64,000 nucleotides of DNA from Selaginella moellendorffii (Eukaryota > Plantae > Lycopodiophyta): positions 1,302,894 to 1,366,893 of the forward strand of contig NW_003314280.1 of assembly GCF_000143415.4 (NCBI RefSeq). The letters run 5' to 3'. Shown piece by piece: positions 1-13,300 of the stretch. How positions within the stretch are numbered: position 1 is the stretch's first letter; each line of letters starts with the position of its first letter. The translations under genes and the position numbers were made by a program. The notes below the pieces were generated by a model that was given only the letters and a program-made list of their open reading frames with translations, had not been told where the DNA came from and ran no database searches.

Positions 1-1467
1 CGATGCTTAAGCATACTATGGGTCTTGAGAATTTATGTTGAGGTGAACCTATGTGAAGTTGTTGGTAGGAAGAAGTTGGTTAAGTCTTGAAAGTTTGCAT
101 TCCTAGACTGAGAGTCATTCTTTCTCTAGGATGGAAAACTTTCCTCAAATTTTTTTAGACTTCTCCAATGGCTGATCTATTGATCACTTTGCCAAAAATC
201 ATTCTGTTTTCGTAAGCCAATATAAACTAGTGAAGTGGAGTTGACTTCAGTTGGATTAAACCTTAGTAGGTAATTTATATGATGCAACCCGAAAGGAATG
301 CTGACTTTGAGGCTAAAGCAATTGAGTTGGATAGAGTCTGGAGTTGGTGTAGAAAAGTGGCCGTTGCACTTTTCTAAAAAGGTGACCCTTGTGCCTTTCT
401 TTTGTAGCATTATGCTTGGTAGCAAGTTGCACCTTGCATTTCGTTAGATTCTATAAGAGTAGTGAGCTCTCACTGATCCTAATTTAGTCTTGGTGGCCTT
501 GCACCTTGGCTGAGGATGGTGATGTCCAACTTAGTTGTTTGAGGTTGAGATGTTGGTACCCGTACTATAGCTTTGTCTATGAGGAGGTTGTGTACCAAAA
601 TAAGTCCATCTTATGGTCTTCATTTTATTTTCGATTGAGTGTTGATCACGTATAGTTAGCCTCTTCAAGGCATGCTTAGAGCTGTTGGCTAAATGCATTA
701 GTGAGCTTATTGCGGTTGAGTTGAATTCGAGTGGTCAATTAGTTTATGCTTGTCTATGAACCTTTATCTCGTGCTTGGGATATTTTGTTTATGTTGGACA
801 AGTATATGACTCAATGGCATGAGTTTAGTATTTGGGTCTTGTGAAGGCAAGTTGAAGAGTGATTGTTAGTTGCTTTGCAAACTAACGATTACTTGTAGAT
901 TTCGTTAAGTACTATTGACACTTGCTTCACTCGATGAAGATTTATCAGTGATGGGTTTGCTTTACCAAATGGTGCTGTGGAAGATCGTGTCATTAAACTT
1001 ACATGGGTTTTCCATGTTGGCATGTCGACTTTACCTCTGTCGATATCATTTGGATACGTTTAGTCTGTAGTGTTGGATTTCATAGAGTCTTGGATGTGGT
1101 GATTCACTCCTTGAGGAAGTCTTATTGGTAATTGAGTTTTGCTGAAGGATTGGTCTCAGATACTGAGTAAAGTATCTTCGACCTTGGTTAGCTTAGTTGC
1201 TAGGGAGTTTTGAGTGGTGATTCACTTGTGCTTTCTTCTAGTTTTTTTGTGGTTTTGATGGCATTAAAGTGATGCCTTGTCGTTAACATTGTTGATATTG
1301 AGATTTGAGTGAAATGAAATGTCTCTCTGAAAGATTGATATTGAGTTTCATTAGTCTCAATGAAGATAATGTTGATGATTTGGCTATGGCTTTGTGTTAT
1401 TGGCATTTGTGCATTTGCTAGTTAGTAACTATGTTAGCCTTCAGACCAGCTGAGTGGTAGGTTTGAG

Positions 1468-3007
1468 TGTAAGCGACTAATTTTTCCATTCTACTTTAGT
1501 CACTTAACCACACCTCCGACCACTTGGAGGAGTCTCATTCACAACCTCCATAAATCCCATTCAGGACTTGGGGCTTGCTAGCTCCGAGAATGGCATCCAT
1601 GCCACTCAACCTTTGCACTTGGTCCAAGTGCTCCATGTATCTAATCCCATGACCGACACCCCAAGGTCCCACCGACATATGAGCCCGTTACGCTAGGCCA
1701 CGCTCATTCACCTTGGTCACATCGGTGGTCTGACACCACCTGCATTGCAATCCCATCTCTCCAAGACTGGGCCATTTGCCCATGAGTGATCATCCCAAAT
1801 CCACTCTTTAGCATCCTTAGGATGCTTGCAGACATGGGAAATAACCTTCCCCAATATCTCCATTCCGGTCTCCACCAAGTCCCTTTCTATCCTTAGCTAT
1901 GTTCGCCAACACTACCACTGGATCAAGGCCCACGGGCCCGACCACTAAGTCCCACTGTCCTCTAGGACTTCCTCACGGTGTGACTGTGTCCTTGGTCACC
2001 ACACCAGAGGGCTACTCCTCTTCCTTTCCACAGACTGGGACTTTGGGACAACATTTCGGAACACCGTGGTCCTCCGCGGGCCTCATGGGTACTCTACCTG
2101 CCTTCCGCCTTTAGGTGCTCTAGCCATGGGCTTAGAGCGAGGTTCCATTGAGCCACGCTAGGTATCCAAGTAGGTAGTGCCACCCACACGTCAGTCGATC
2201 TCCCGAGGGAACTAGAGTTGGCTCTTGAACACTTCACCAAGCTACCCCGCTTGTCGGTCCGTATTCACTCTAGTCTTGGACTTCCTAGTGGTTATCCCAT
2301 CACCCGACACCTGGGTGCAGCTTTCCTGGGCCAAACTGGCCTTTCCTAGCCAAACTGGCTCCATTAGAATCCTCCCCCTACTATATTTTTGGAGCTCACC
2401 AAACCCCCTAGGGTCTGGGAGACAAACGCTTTGCTCAGACTCGAACTTGGACTCGGACTCGGACTCAGACTCGGACTCGGACTCGGACTCGGACTCGGAC
2501 TCGGACTTGGGCTTGGGCTCGGTCTCGGTCCCGGTCCCGATCTCGGTCTCGATCTCGGTCCCGGTCTCAACTTCAGACTCCATCTCGGGTCCTTCTCGGA
2601 CTCCATCTCGGATTCCATCTCGGGTCCATCTCGGGCTCCATCTCAGACTCCATCTTGGGTCCATCTCGGACTCCATCTTGGGTCCATCTCAGACTCCATC
2701 TCGGACTTCATTTCAGACTCCATCTCGGGTCCATCTCGAACTCCATCTCGGACTCCATCTTGGGTCCATCTCAAACTCCATCTCAGACTCCATCTCGAAC
2801 TCCATCTCGGACTCCATCTCGAACTCCCTTATGGCTCGCTTCATGCTCGTTCCTTGAGCACTCTGTTGGGAGTTCCACTCCCGCTTTTGACCTTTCAAGT
2901 CGGAGCTTTTAGTCCAAATGTGTTATGCTCATTTGACTTTCGCTTCGGCCACTACCACGTGGTGCCCTTTCGGCTCCACTTTGGGGCTTAGGGATTTGTG
3001 TCTCACA
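1468..3007. mobile_element. Solo LTR-like insertion (1,540 bp) with 5-bp TSD TTGAG
   Basis: Starts TGTAAG at 1468 and ends TCTCACA at 3007. TTGAG occurs at 1463-1467 and 3008-3012. The matching site in repeat copy B (~7974, GTTTGAGTTAGTTG) is empty. No gag/pol similarity seen. Confidence 0.85.
2438..2828. repeat. Compound micro/minisatellite inside the solo LTR: (GACTCG)n, then (GGTCTC/GGTCCC)n, then 11-12-bp CTCCATCTCG(G/A)-type units
   Basis: Directly visible tandem units. They generate the spurious SD/SE/LG/SP-repeat ORFs in the ORF track. Confidence 0.95.
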
Positions 3008-3262
3008 TTGAGTTAGTTGCATTTTAGATGAGATTAATTAGTAGGGGTTGAGCTTTGGGTTTTCCTTGAAAAGTGATTCAGTCATGGACTATGCTAGCTT
3101 TACGAAACAAAGAGTTAATGATCGATATTGAAATGTTCCTTAGTATTATTGACTAGGATCTATTTAGATTGACTAGTGCAATAATTGGCATGAATGAATG
3201 TTTGTTGGTCTTACCGCATTCATTCTATTTTGTTGATTATTGCTACAGTTGGTTTTGATAGA

Positions 3263-3550
3263 ATGCTTTATTTCGTTAAAGTGGGACTTTTCATTATCCC
3301 ACTTATGGTGTGTGGCCACATGCCATTTTTATAACAACAATAAAAAATTGAAGTTTTAACTTTATAATTTATAAATTAAAAACTTTTCATATGATTTTGT
3401 GTTATAATATTGTGAAATATAAAAAAATAAATTAAAAAACTGATAGAAATATTAATAAATATTAATTAAGTACTAGGAAATGGCATGTGGACACATGCTA
3501 ATTAATGTCCCACTTTACTGAATAAGTCCCACTTTAACGAAATAAAGCAT
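3263..3550. mobile_element. 288-bp MITE (non-autonomous DNA transposon) with 27-bp perfect TIRs and 4-bp TSD TAGA
   Basis: TIR ATGCTTTATTTCGTTAAAGTGGGACTT...AAGTCCCACTTTAACGAAATAAAGCAT. TAGA at 3259-3262 and 3551-3554. The site is empty in repeat copy B (~8937). Confidence 0.93.
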
Positions 3551-6500
3551 TAGATTGAATATTATTACCTTGAGATGATACATTCGCAAGTATTTTGCTT
3601 GCTAGTTGATAATACTTTATGTTCTTTTAGTTGTCTTTTGTGAGTTGTTTGGTATGCTATTTGCAATCTTTGGTAGTTAACTTTTATCATTGAGTTTCCT
3701 TGATGATACACTGATTATTGAATTTTGTTGGATGGTCTATATTTACCAATTATAGTGATTTTGGTGGTTTCTATACTCTAATTATGGTTTATCAGATGAT
3801 AATTTACTTGGAATACTTTTGTGTTCTAGTATACTATTTAATCACTAATAATCAAGTCTCTAAGATATCATTGTCTATGACTTTGATATTGTTCATCTAT
3901 TGATCTTTGAGTTTGGGCCAGTATAGGCAGACTGGCTTCGGCACTTCGTGTGCATGGTGAAATCTTTAGTCATGGGGTAGCTACTATAGACTAATCACAT
4001 CACCCACCTCTCTGTCAATGTTCCTTATTTTGTTGAAAAGGGTGTGATCGTGTAAACAACTCTAACTGCTTGTTTACAGTAGTCTATCTAAACTTTTACG
4101 ATGGGTTTGGTTTTTTTGCTCAAAAGGGTTGGGGCCTCTAGCTTCTCTCTCTATGTCCCTGCAAGCAGGGGCATATCACACTTTTGTAAGCTGGGTGACA
4201 CCTAGAGCAGCAAGGGTGGCTAACTCCGTTGGTCATTTCCTTGTCGGTGACAGCCGGAAGGTGTCTGAGTTGGTAGTGCATCCGTGTTAGACAAAAAGGT
4301 TACTTCCTAACTCATTTAAATTGGTGCATTTCACATAGTGTGATCACCGTGAACTTTTTCTAGAGTTGTTTCCTTGGCGGTGGTCTAGACTTAAGTATGC
4401 ATCAACAAGGACGTCGATCTTCCCTAAGGGGGGGAGAGAATTGCGAATGTGACTTTCGGGTATTGAAAGTTATCTGTCGGCTAGTCCTTTCGGATATTCT
4501 TTCCTTATTGCCACAACAACAGAAGGTCGGTATTGCTGGACCCGTTATTAATTCCCACTTGAATTAGTTAAGAAATTGCTCAATGACCATGCACTTAAAT
4601 TGGATAAACATAAAGTAGGAACCTTATGTGTTTCTTGCTGAGCATACTCGGCTTGGTTTGAGAAACTTGTGTCATTGGGTTGCACTTGCTAGTATCAAGA
4701 ACCCCCGTGATATTAAGTTTGGTCCCTCAATATCATTAGTTGATAGCTTACTATGTCTGCCAAACACCCTTGCTATCATGCCCTTTGTGTTAGTCTCATT
4801 TCGGTCCCAAATGTTATTTATGGAAAGTGTCTAGATTTACTCATTTGGCATATCTACGGAATGTAGAGATTGTTCTGAACACAATGGTGTTTGTCTTGTG
4901 TCCAAATTCACAATCTAAGGACATTCTATATTTAGTAAGTTTCGAGTTTATCCCAGCGACTAACTCCTAATACTAAGGGAGGCTTGGGGTGAAAGTGTGG
5001 GGGGTTTCAAATATATAATAGGGATAGTGGGTAGGTTAGGCATGGCTGACCAACTTGAGGCATAGTCTAGCTCCCGCTTGTGTGCCATTCGTTGTTTTGC
5101 GTTCGGCTTGGGTCTAAGCCCAAACTCCACACCATAGCAACTCAAGGTTACACTTTGAGTTGGCAAGGTTAATGTTAGCCTATCGGTGGTTCCATTTGTT
5201 GTTCCATGTACAGTGGGCGAAAGTAAACTTTCTCTGGGTTTGCTATGAGTGGCAAATAAGCTAGCCTGTAGCTTTTTAGCATGGCACTAGTGGATCCTTC
5301 TTAGGCATGATTACAAGTGAATTGACCAAGACTGTAGGGATTAGTTTATTGATTCAAGTAGTCATTGCCGTGCTCTCTCATAAACTCTTCTTAGATTTGA
5401 TTGAGTGATTGGATGCAGTGCAAATATAAGCCTAAGGTTTGGTTAAAGATGAGACCGAAAAGAGAGTTGTCAGGGATGAAGGATCAAACACGTAAATCAT
5501 TTTCTCTTCTTGGAGAGATGATTTGCAATGAGGTGTTAACTCATTGCTCGTGTTCATATTATACAATCAAAAGTCCCTACCTTGATGCATATTCGTTATG
5601 GTGGTCTTACAAGTGGTGAGTTATAGGATGGATAGAGATGAAGCACTAAACCATTTTGTTTAAGCTTGTTGTTGAAAATTTGCATTGCAATGCTCAATTC
5701 TTTTATAGAGAACCTTGCTACTACTCTTTGAGCAGCTTGGTGTTGGATTAATTTTGAGTTTGGTCGGAAAGAGAGTGGCATAAATTTGTCTGTGTTGTGA
5801 ACAAAAGTTAGTGGTGTTAAGTGTTATAAATCTCTTTCGATGGGGTGTGGCATTTATGTTGCATTTTGTCAAATCAAGTTGGCACTTGATACTCACATAA
5901 ACCTTTGAAGTAATGACATGGGCATTGCTAATGGTGTTGCTTAATTGATGATCAAGTCATTGTGATTTTTATATTATATCCATGTGATAGTGAGTAATGT
6001 GTTTATGAAGTTGCTTGATAAAACAATGATCAACCCCAAAATGGTTGATGGTGAAGCTAGTCTACTTACATATAGTAGCATTGTAGTAGTTTTGACTAGA
6101 TTCTCAATGATAGTCCATTATGCTAAGATTAAATTGGTATTTTGTTTCTTGGTTAGTTTGCCCATTAAAGTGTTAGAAAGGGTTATAGCATTCACTTACT
6201 ATAGCTTGTCAGTTGATCCATTGGCATTTGGAGTAGATTGTTTGATGAAGAAGATGTGTAGTTGAGGCATTGACATCACTAGCATTTGTGTTAATGGAAG
6301 TGGCATTGTTATTTTGAGTGATAAGGAATTTTCTTTAAATCTTGATTTTCTATGTCATTTTTCTTATTAATGTTTTGGCTTCACATTGGATTTTGAAAGT
6401 GGTTGAAGAAGTGCAATATGGATATCCGAAAATATAGTCTTTGTGATCAACCCTTGTATGTTCATTTTGCATTTTTGCGGATGTTGGTGTTGAATTTAGA

Positions 6501-9125
6501 GATATAAGCATGATATTTAATGCTTAAGCATGCCGTTGGATCATGAGAATTAGTGTTGAGGTGAACCTTTGTGAAGTTGTTAGTAGAAAGAATTTGGTTG
6601 AGTCTTGAAAGTTTGCATTCCTATACTAAAAGTCATTCTTTCTCTAGGATGGGAAAATTTCCACAAATTTTCCCATACTTATTAAATGGCTAATCTATTG
6701 GTCATTTTCTCTAAAAACCATTTCATTTTGTAAGCTAGTACAAACTAGTGAAAGGGTTGGAGTTGACTTCGGTCAGCTTAAACCTTAGTATATAGTTTTT
6801 ATGATGTGGCCCGGAAAGGATGTTGACTTTTGGGGCTAAGGCAATTGAGTTGGATAGAGTCTAGAGTTGGTGTAAGAAAGTGGTCATTGCGCTTTTTTAA
6901 AAAAGATACCCCTTGTGACTTTCTTCTGTAACGTTATGTTTGGTGGCAGATTACACCTTGCATTTCGTTAAACTCTATAAGAGTAGTGAACTCTCATTGA
7001 TCTTGATTTGGTCTTGGTAGCCACTTACCTTGGCTGAGATAGTGATGTCCAACTTAGTTGTTTAAGGTTGAGATGTTGGTACCCATATTATAACTTTGTC
7101 TATAAGGAGGTTATATACCAATATGAATCCATCTCATAGTCTGCACTTTAGTTTCGACTAAGTGTTGATTATGCATAAGTAACCTTTTCAAGGCATGCTT
7201 AAAGCTAATGGCTAAATGCATTAGTGAGCTTATTGCGATTGAGTTGGATTCGAGTGGTCATTTAGTTTATGTTTGTTCATAAACCTTTATCTCGTACCTG
7301 GGGTATTACGTTCATGTTGGACAAGTATATAACTCGATGATGTGAGTTTAATGTTCAAGTTTTGTGAAGGTAAGTTGAAGAGTGATTGTTAGTTGCTTTG
7401 CAACTAGTGATTGCTTGTAGACTTCGTCAAGGATTGTTGACACTTGCCTCACTCGATGAAGATTTATTGGTGATGGACTTGCTTTACCAGATGGTGTTGT
7501 GGAGGATCGTGTTGTTAGATTTACATGGTTTGTCCATGTTAGCATATTGACTCTACCTCTATCGTTGCGTTTAGTTCGTAGTGTTGGATTTCATTGAGTC
7601 TTAGATATGGTGATTTACTCCTTGATGAAGTGTTATCTATAACTGAGTTTCGCTGAAGGATTGGTCTCGAATACTGACTAAAGTATCTTCAACTTTGGTT
7701 AGGTTAATTGCTAGAGAGTTTTGGGTGTTGATTCACTCTTGTTTTCTTTTAGTTTTGTTATGGTGTTGATGGCATTGAAGTAATGGCTTGTCTTTGACAT
7801 TGTTGATATTGAAATTCAAGTGAAATAAGATGTCTCTCTATAGGATTGATATTGAGTTTCATTAGTTTCAATGGAGATAGTATTAATAATTTGGTTGTAG
7901 CTTTGTGTTATTGACATTCATGCATTTGCTAATTAGCAACTATGTCAGCGTTCAAATGAGCTGAGTGGCAAGTTTGAGTTAGTTGTGTTCTAGACAAGAT
8001 TATTTAGTAGGGGGTTGAGCTTTGGCTTCTCCTTGAAAAGTGATTCAGTCCCTAGCCTTATGAATGAAAGAGTTAGTAATTGATATTGAAATGATTAATC
8101 CTTGTTGGATTTGAGTTGGGATATATCAATCATTGATGATTTGTCTTGTGCTTGTTATGAAATGAGTTATGTCTTGTTATAGATGGATTCATGGAGGATC
8201 GTTTAGTGATCACTTATTAAGCATAGCTCCATTGTGCTTAGCTTTTGGATTGATGTAGATATGCTTTTCATTAGTTTTGCATTATGAAGTTTAGTTTATG
8301 GATGTGTTGAGGAGAATATTGTGGGTTGCACTATGATTTCTTCTTTAGCATTGAAGTTAGTTCATGCAAGACTCATGATCATTATTAAGCAAGACTTGGT
8401 TATAAGCTTCTTCGAGCTTTTGATTCCTTAAGTTTTTATGCTCATTAATCCATTTATTAAAAGTTGTTGGGAAAGGCATTTTGGCTCATTAGCTTCGATG
8501 TTGAAGTTGGTTTTTACATCTAGCAATCATTGGTGATAATTGATTGTCATCTAGGATAGTTGATTATTCTTGTTAAAGGTTTTGCTTGATTATTATTGAT
8601 ATGTCATTCTTCGAGATGGTGGATTCCTTCTTCAATAATAATTATGCATATATTTATTGATGGGATGATTAATGATTTTTCACTATAGTTAGTTGTTCTC
8701 CTTGATAGCATATGGCTTTTCACAATACCACATATTTTTTATGGTTTGTTCTGGATTCGTCTCTTAGGTTTGAGACATCAGTAAAATGTTGCTGACACTT
8801 GCTTAAGAAACTTAAGTTCCTTTGTATTATTGACCGAAATCTATTCAGATTGGCTAGTGCGATAGTTGGCATAACTAAATGTTTGTTGGTTTTGCAATAT
8901 TCCTTCTGTTTTATTGATTGTTGTTACAGTTAATTTGATAGATTAGATGTTATTTCCTTTGAGTAATACATTCACAAGCATTTTGCTTACTAGTCAATAA
9001 TACTTTGTGTTTTTGAGTTATCTTTAGTAAGTTGTTTGGCATACTATCTATAATTTTCAGTAGTTAAGTTTTATCATTGAGTTATTTGATGATATTCTTG
9101 CTATTGAATTTTGTTAGATAGTGAA

Positions 9126-9413
9126 ATGCTTTATTTCGTTAAAGTGGGACTTATTCAGTAAAGTGGGACATTAATTAGCATGTGTCCACATGCCATTTCC
9201 TAGTACTTAATTAATATTTATTAATATTTCTATCAGTTTTTTAATTTATTTTTTTATATTTCACAATATTATAACACAAAATCATATGAAAAGTTTTTAA
9301 TTTATAAATTATAAAGTTAAAACTTCAATTTTTTATTGTTGTTATAAAAATGGCATGTGGCCACACACCATAAGTGGGATAATGAAAAGTCCCACTTTAA
9401 CGAAATAAAGCAT
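9126..9413. mobile_element. Second copy of the 288-bp MITE, in inverted orientation, TSD TGAA
   Basis: Reverse complement of 3263-3550 with no difference seen by eye. TGAA at 9122-9125 and 9414-9417. Confidence 0.93.
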
Positions 9414-9982
9414 TGAATCCTATGTTTTCAAATTATGATGATTTTGGTGGTTCCTATACTATAATACTGGTTTATCCGATAATAATTTATTTGGAATACT
9501 TTTGTGTTCTAATATAAGATTTAATCACTGATAATTAAGTCTCTAAGATATCATTGTCTATGACTTTGATATTGTCCATCTATTGATCGTTGATTTTGGG
9601 CCAGTATAGGCAAGCTGGCTTCAACACTTTGTGTGCATGGTGAAATCTTTAGTCATGGGGTAACTACTGTTGACTAGTCACATCACCCGCCTCTTTATCA
9701 ATGTTCTTTATTCCGTTAAAAGGGCATGATTGTGTAAACAACTCTAACTACCTATTTACAATAGTCTATTTAAACCTTACCGATGGGTTTGTTTTCTTTG
9801 CTTATGAGGGTTGGGGCTTCTGGATTCTCTCTTTATGTCCCTGCGGGCAGGGGCGTATGACACTTTTGTAAACTAGGTGACACCTAGAGTAGCAAGGGTG
9901 GCTAACTCCATTGGTCATTTCCTTGTCGGCGACAGCCGGAGGGTGTCTAAGTTGGTAGCGCATCCTTGTTAGACAAAGAGGT

Positions 9983-10362
9983 TGTCAAGACCCCCAACAA
10001 GATCAAGACTGGAAAATGCAAAAGACAAAGAGAAAAGCTAGTGGAAACAAAGAAGAGGCCTTAGACTGGCGTTGATTCAGATTGTGGAGAAATGGAACAA
10101 GGCTAACCTATATATGCTATAGGTTGATGAAACTCCACCACTCTTGGATAGAGGATGGCCTAAATATAGCTGAGGTTGAGGAGGCGCCACATCAATATCA
10201 GGAATGTGGCTCGAGACTCAGGAATCGTACAGGAAATCAAAGAGTCGGGAATAGGGAAGTGTTTTGAGAATCAGGAATAGGGAAGTGTCTCGAGAATCAG
10301 GAATGTGGTCTACAGGTCAGGAATCCAGCAAGAGTCAGGAATGTGGCAAGAATTGGGGGATT
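9983..10362 (-). repeat. 3' LTR of the chromovirus, with its first ~7 nt deleted
   Basis: Matches 14945-15318 but lacks the terminal CCTGACA and abuts chromodomain coding sequence directly. Confidence 0.93.
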
Positions 10363-13300
10363 GAAATCTTGGAATCAAGGATGTCCTGAACCTCGTACTC
10401 AGACCCATCCTTGAGCTGCACTAGTGGAGGTGGAGGAATGACCCGATCGGGAATAGGACTGGGAATATAAGGCTCAAGGAGAGAGGAATGAAAAACTGGG
10501 TGAATTTGATATGAGGAGGGAAGTGCAAGGCGATAAGTGACAGGATTAATGATGGCAGTGATAGGGAAAGGACCGAGGTGTTTGAAATCAAGTTTTGGAC
10601 AGGGCCTGGTGGTGGAGATATTTTGCCAGAGGAGCCAAACTTTATCCCCGATATTGTAAAGGGGACAATCCTGACGATGGACATTGGCAAATGTTTTGTG
10701 AGATTCCTGAGCACGATGGAGGTGGAAGGAGATGGAGTTGTGGATTTCTTGGAGGTTGGAGACAAATGCCTCAGAGCGAGGATTTGAATGAGAGGATTCG
10801 GATGGAGAAGGAAGTGAGAGATTGAATTGGGGATTTCGGCCAGAGTTTGCAAAGAAGGGGGAAATTCGAAGAGAGGAGTGAACAAAGTTGTTATAGGAGA
10901 ACTCAGCAAGGGGAAGGATATCGAACCAGTTATCCTAATGATAGTTGATAAAGCACCTCAAGAATTGTTCCAACGTCTGAATCGTTCGCTCGGATTGCCC
11001 ATCAGTTTGAGGATGATACACCAAAGAGAGGTTGGCCTTCACTCCAAGCAGCTGCAAAAACCGTTTCCAGGAATGAGAGATGAACTGAGGCCCCCGATCC
11101 GAAACCACATCTGTAGGAATCCCATGAGGTCGGAAAATTTCCCTGAATACCAGTTTTGCCATGTCCTCGCCCGAAAACTCCTTGGTACATGGCAAGAAGT
11201 GCGCCATCTTTGTGAAGCGATCTACCATGACTAAAATGTTGTTGAAGCCTCCAGAACTCGAAAGATCACTCAAAAAATCCATGGAGATGGATTCCCAAGG
11301 ACCTGAAGGGACCGGAAGGGAACGAAGCAAACCTGAAGGAAGGAGGTATCTTATTCTAGGTGCAAGTGTCACAGGAGGTAACAAAAGCTTTGATGTAGTT
11401 GTTCATGTGAGGCCACCAAAAGTCCCATGCAACTAGCTCATAGGTTTTTGCAATGCCAAAATGACCAGCAGTCGGGCTATCGTGGCACGCCATCAGGACC
11501 AACCTTCGAGCATCACCTTCAGGAATGTAAAGTTGCTCCCCACGGTATAATAAGCTATCTAAGAACTCGAACTCGTCAAATCGCCGGCAGTCGGGAGTCA
11601 CAAGGTGTCCAGCCTGAAGATGGGGGAAAATGTCGCTGGCGAGATCATCGGATTGAAGATCGTTTCTGATTGCATCCATCAAGGAGGAGTCCTGCGGGGC
11701 CAGGGAAATTGCCATAACTTGAAACCGATCAGGACCGAGGATAACTTGATCCTGTTGATCGAAGGCAGGATTACCAGGCCTAAGACTGAGATAGGAGCGC
11801 CTTGAAAGAGCATCAGGAAGGCCTTGAAGCTTTCCAGGTCTGTACTTGATAACAAAGTCAAACCGACTCAGGAATTGTGCCCACCTTGCTTGACGACGGC
11901 TTAAAACTCGGGAAGTGGCAAAGTACTCGAGATTTTTGTGATCCGTCCAGACTCTTGTTTGATGGCCCGCCCCCTCCAAGAAACGGCGCCACTCTCCAAA
12001 GGAATCCACGATGGCAAGGAGCTCCTTGTCGTATTTCGTAATTGATCTCCGCAAGCTGAAATTTCCGAGAATGGAAAGCGACCGGATGAAGTTCTTGATC
12101 CACTCCGAGTTGAGACAACACAGCACCAATGGCAAAGTCAGAGGCGTCAACCTCGATGAAGAAAGGTTGTGAGGAATCAGCATGGATCAAAACGGGAGCA
12201 GAACTGAAGGCTACCTTGAGTGTGTCGAAGGCATGCTGGGCAGCAGCAGACCAAGAGAAGGGAACATCCTTGCGAGTGAGATGTGTGAGAGGAAGGACAA
12301 TGTTAGAGTAGTGATCAATGAATTTGCGGTAGAAGTTGGCAAAGCCAAGGAAAACCTGAACATCTGACATTGATTGTGGAGGCTCCCACTCGAGAATAGT
12401 CTTGACTTTGGCAGGATCCATCCTGATACCCTCAGGAGTGACAATGTACCCAAGGAACTCCATAGACTGCTGATCGAAGGAACATTTCTCAAGCTTCGCG
12501 TATAGGCCGTGTTCTCGCAGCTTCGCCAGCACCTTGCGTACATGTTTGTCGTGCTCCTCCTGAGTTTTTGAGTAGATGAGGATGTCATCGAGGTAGACGA
12601 TCACCATTTGATCAAGAAACTCCCGAAAGACGTCGTTCACCACGTGTTGGAAAACTGCTGGAGCATTTGTCAAGCCAAATGGCATGACATTGTACTTGAA
12701 GTGGCCATAGCGGGTTCGGAACGCAGTCTTCCAATCATCACCAGGCCGGATCCGAATCAGGTTGTATGCGCCACGGAGGTCAATCTTGGTGAAGAAGCGG
12801 GCACCGCCGAGGCATTCCAACAGGTCCAAGATCAGGGGCAGCGGATAACGGTTCCAAACAATCACCTTGTTCAAACCTCGGTAATCGATGACTAGCCGCA
12901 AACTCCCATCCTTCTTCTTGACAAAGAAGACAGGCGCTCCAGCTGGGGACTGCGAATGCTAAATGTACCCCGAGGCAAGGTTCTCATCCACGTACTCTTT
13001 GAGGGCCTTAAGCTCGAACGGGGATAACCCGTAGATAGGCCCCCACGGAGGTGATGCTCCTTCCTGTAAATCAATGGGACAATCATAAGCCGATGAATAG
13101 GTAGTACACTAGCTTTTTTCTTGTCAAACACATCCCCAAAATCATGATACTTCTCAGGAAGACTAACAGGAAAAACACGCAAAGCAAAAAGGAAAATAGG
13201 TTCTTCATGAAGGAGTTCTTTCATAGTGATTGTGGAGATAGGAGGAGGTGTACGACTAAATGGAATGATGAGACGAGGATACTGTCCAGTGTAAGATGGA

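Larger units (their letters stand above)
1..6518. repeat. Copy A of an unclassified, degenerate ~5.4-kb (net) tandem repeat unit, interrupted by a solo LTR and a MITE
   Basis: 1-1467 aligns with ~6519-7980, e.g. ATGCTTAAGCAT...GAGGTGAACCT.TGTGAAGTT in both. 3013-4770 aligns with ~7980-9982 plus 15331-15804. Copy A lacks ~720 bp present in copy B (~8094-8816). No intact ORF and no recognisable domain. Confidence 0.85.

Noticed and set aside
2570-2830. Repeat array that might be CRISPR-like
   Set aside because: The units are contiguous with no unique spacers, the context is eukaryotic and there are no cas genes.
2225-2991. ORFs with Ser-Asp, Ser-Glu or Leu-Gly repeats resembling bacterial Sdr adhesins or extensins
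   Set aside because: They are open in nearly all frames because of a stop-free micro/minisatellite inside a solo LTR, and have no gene structure.
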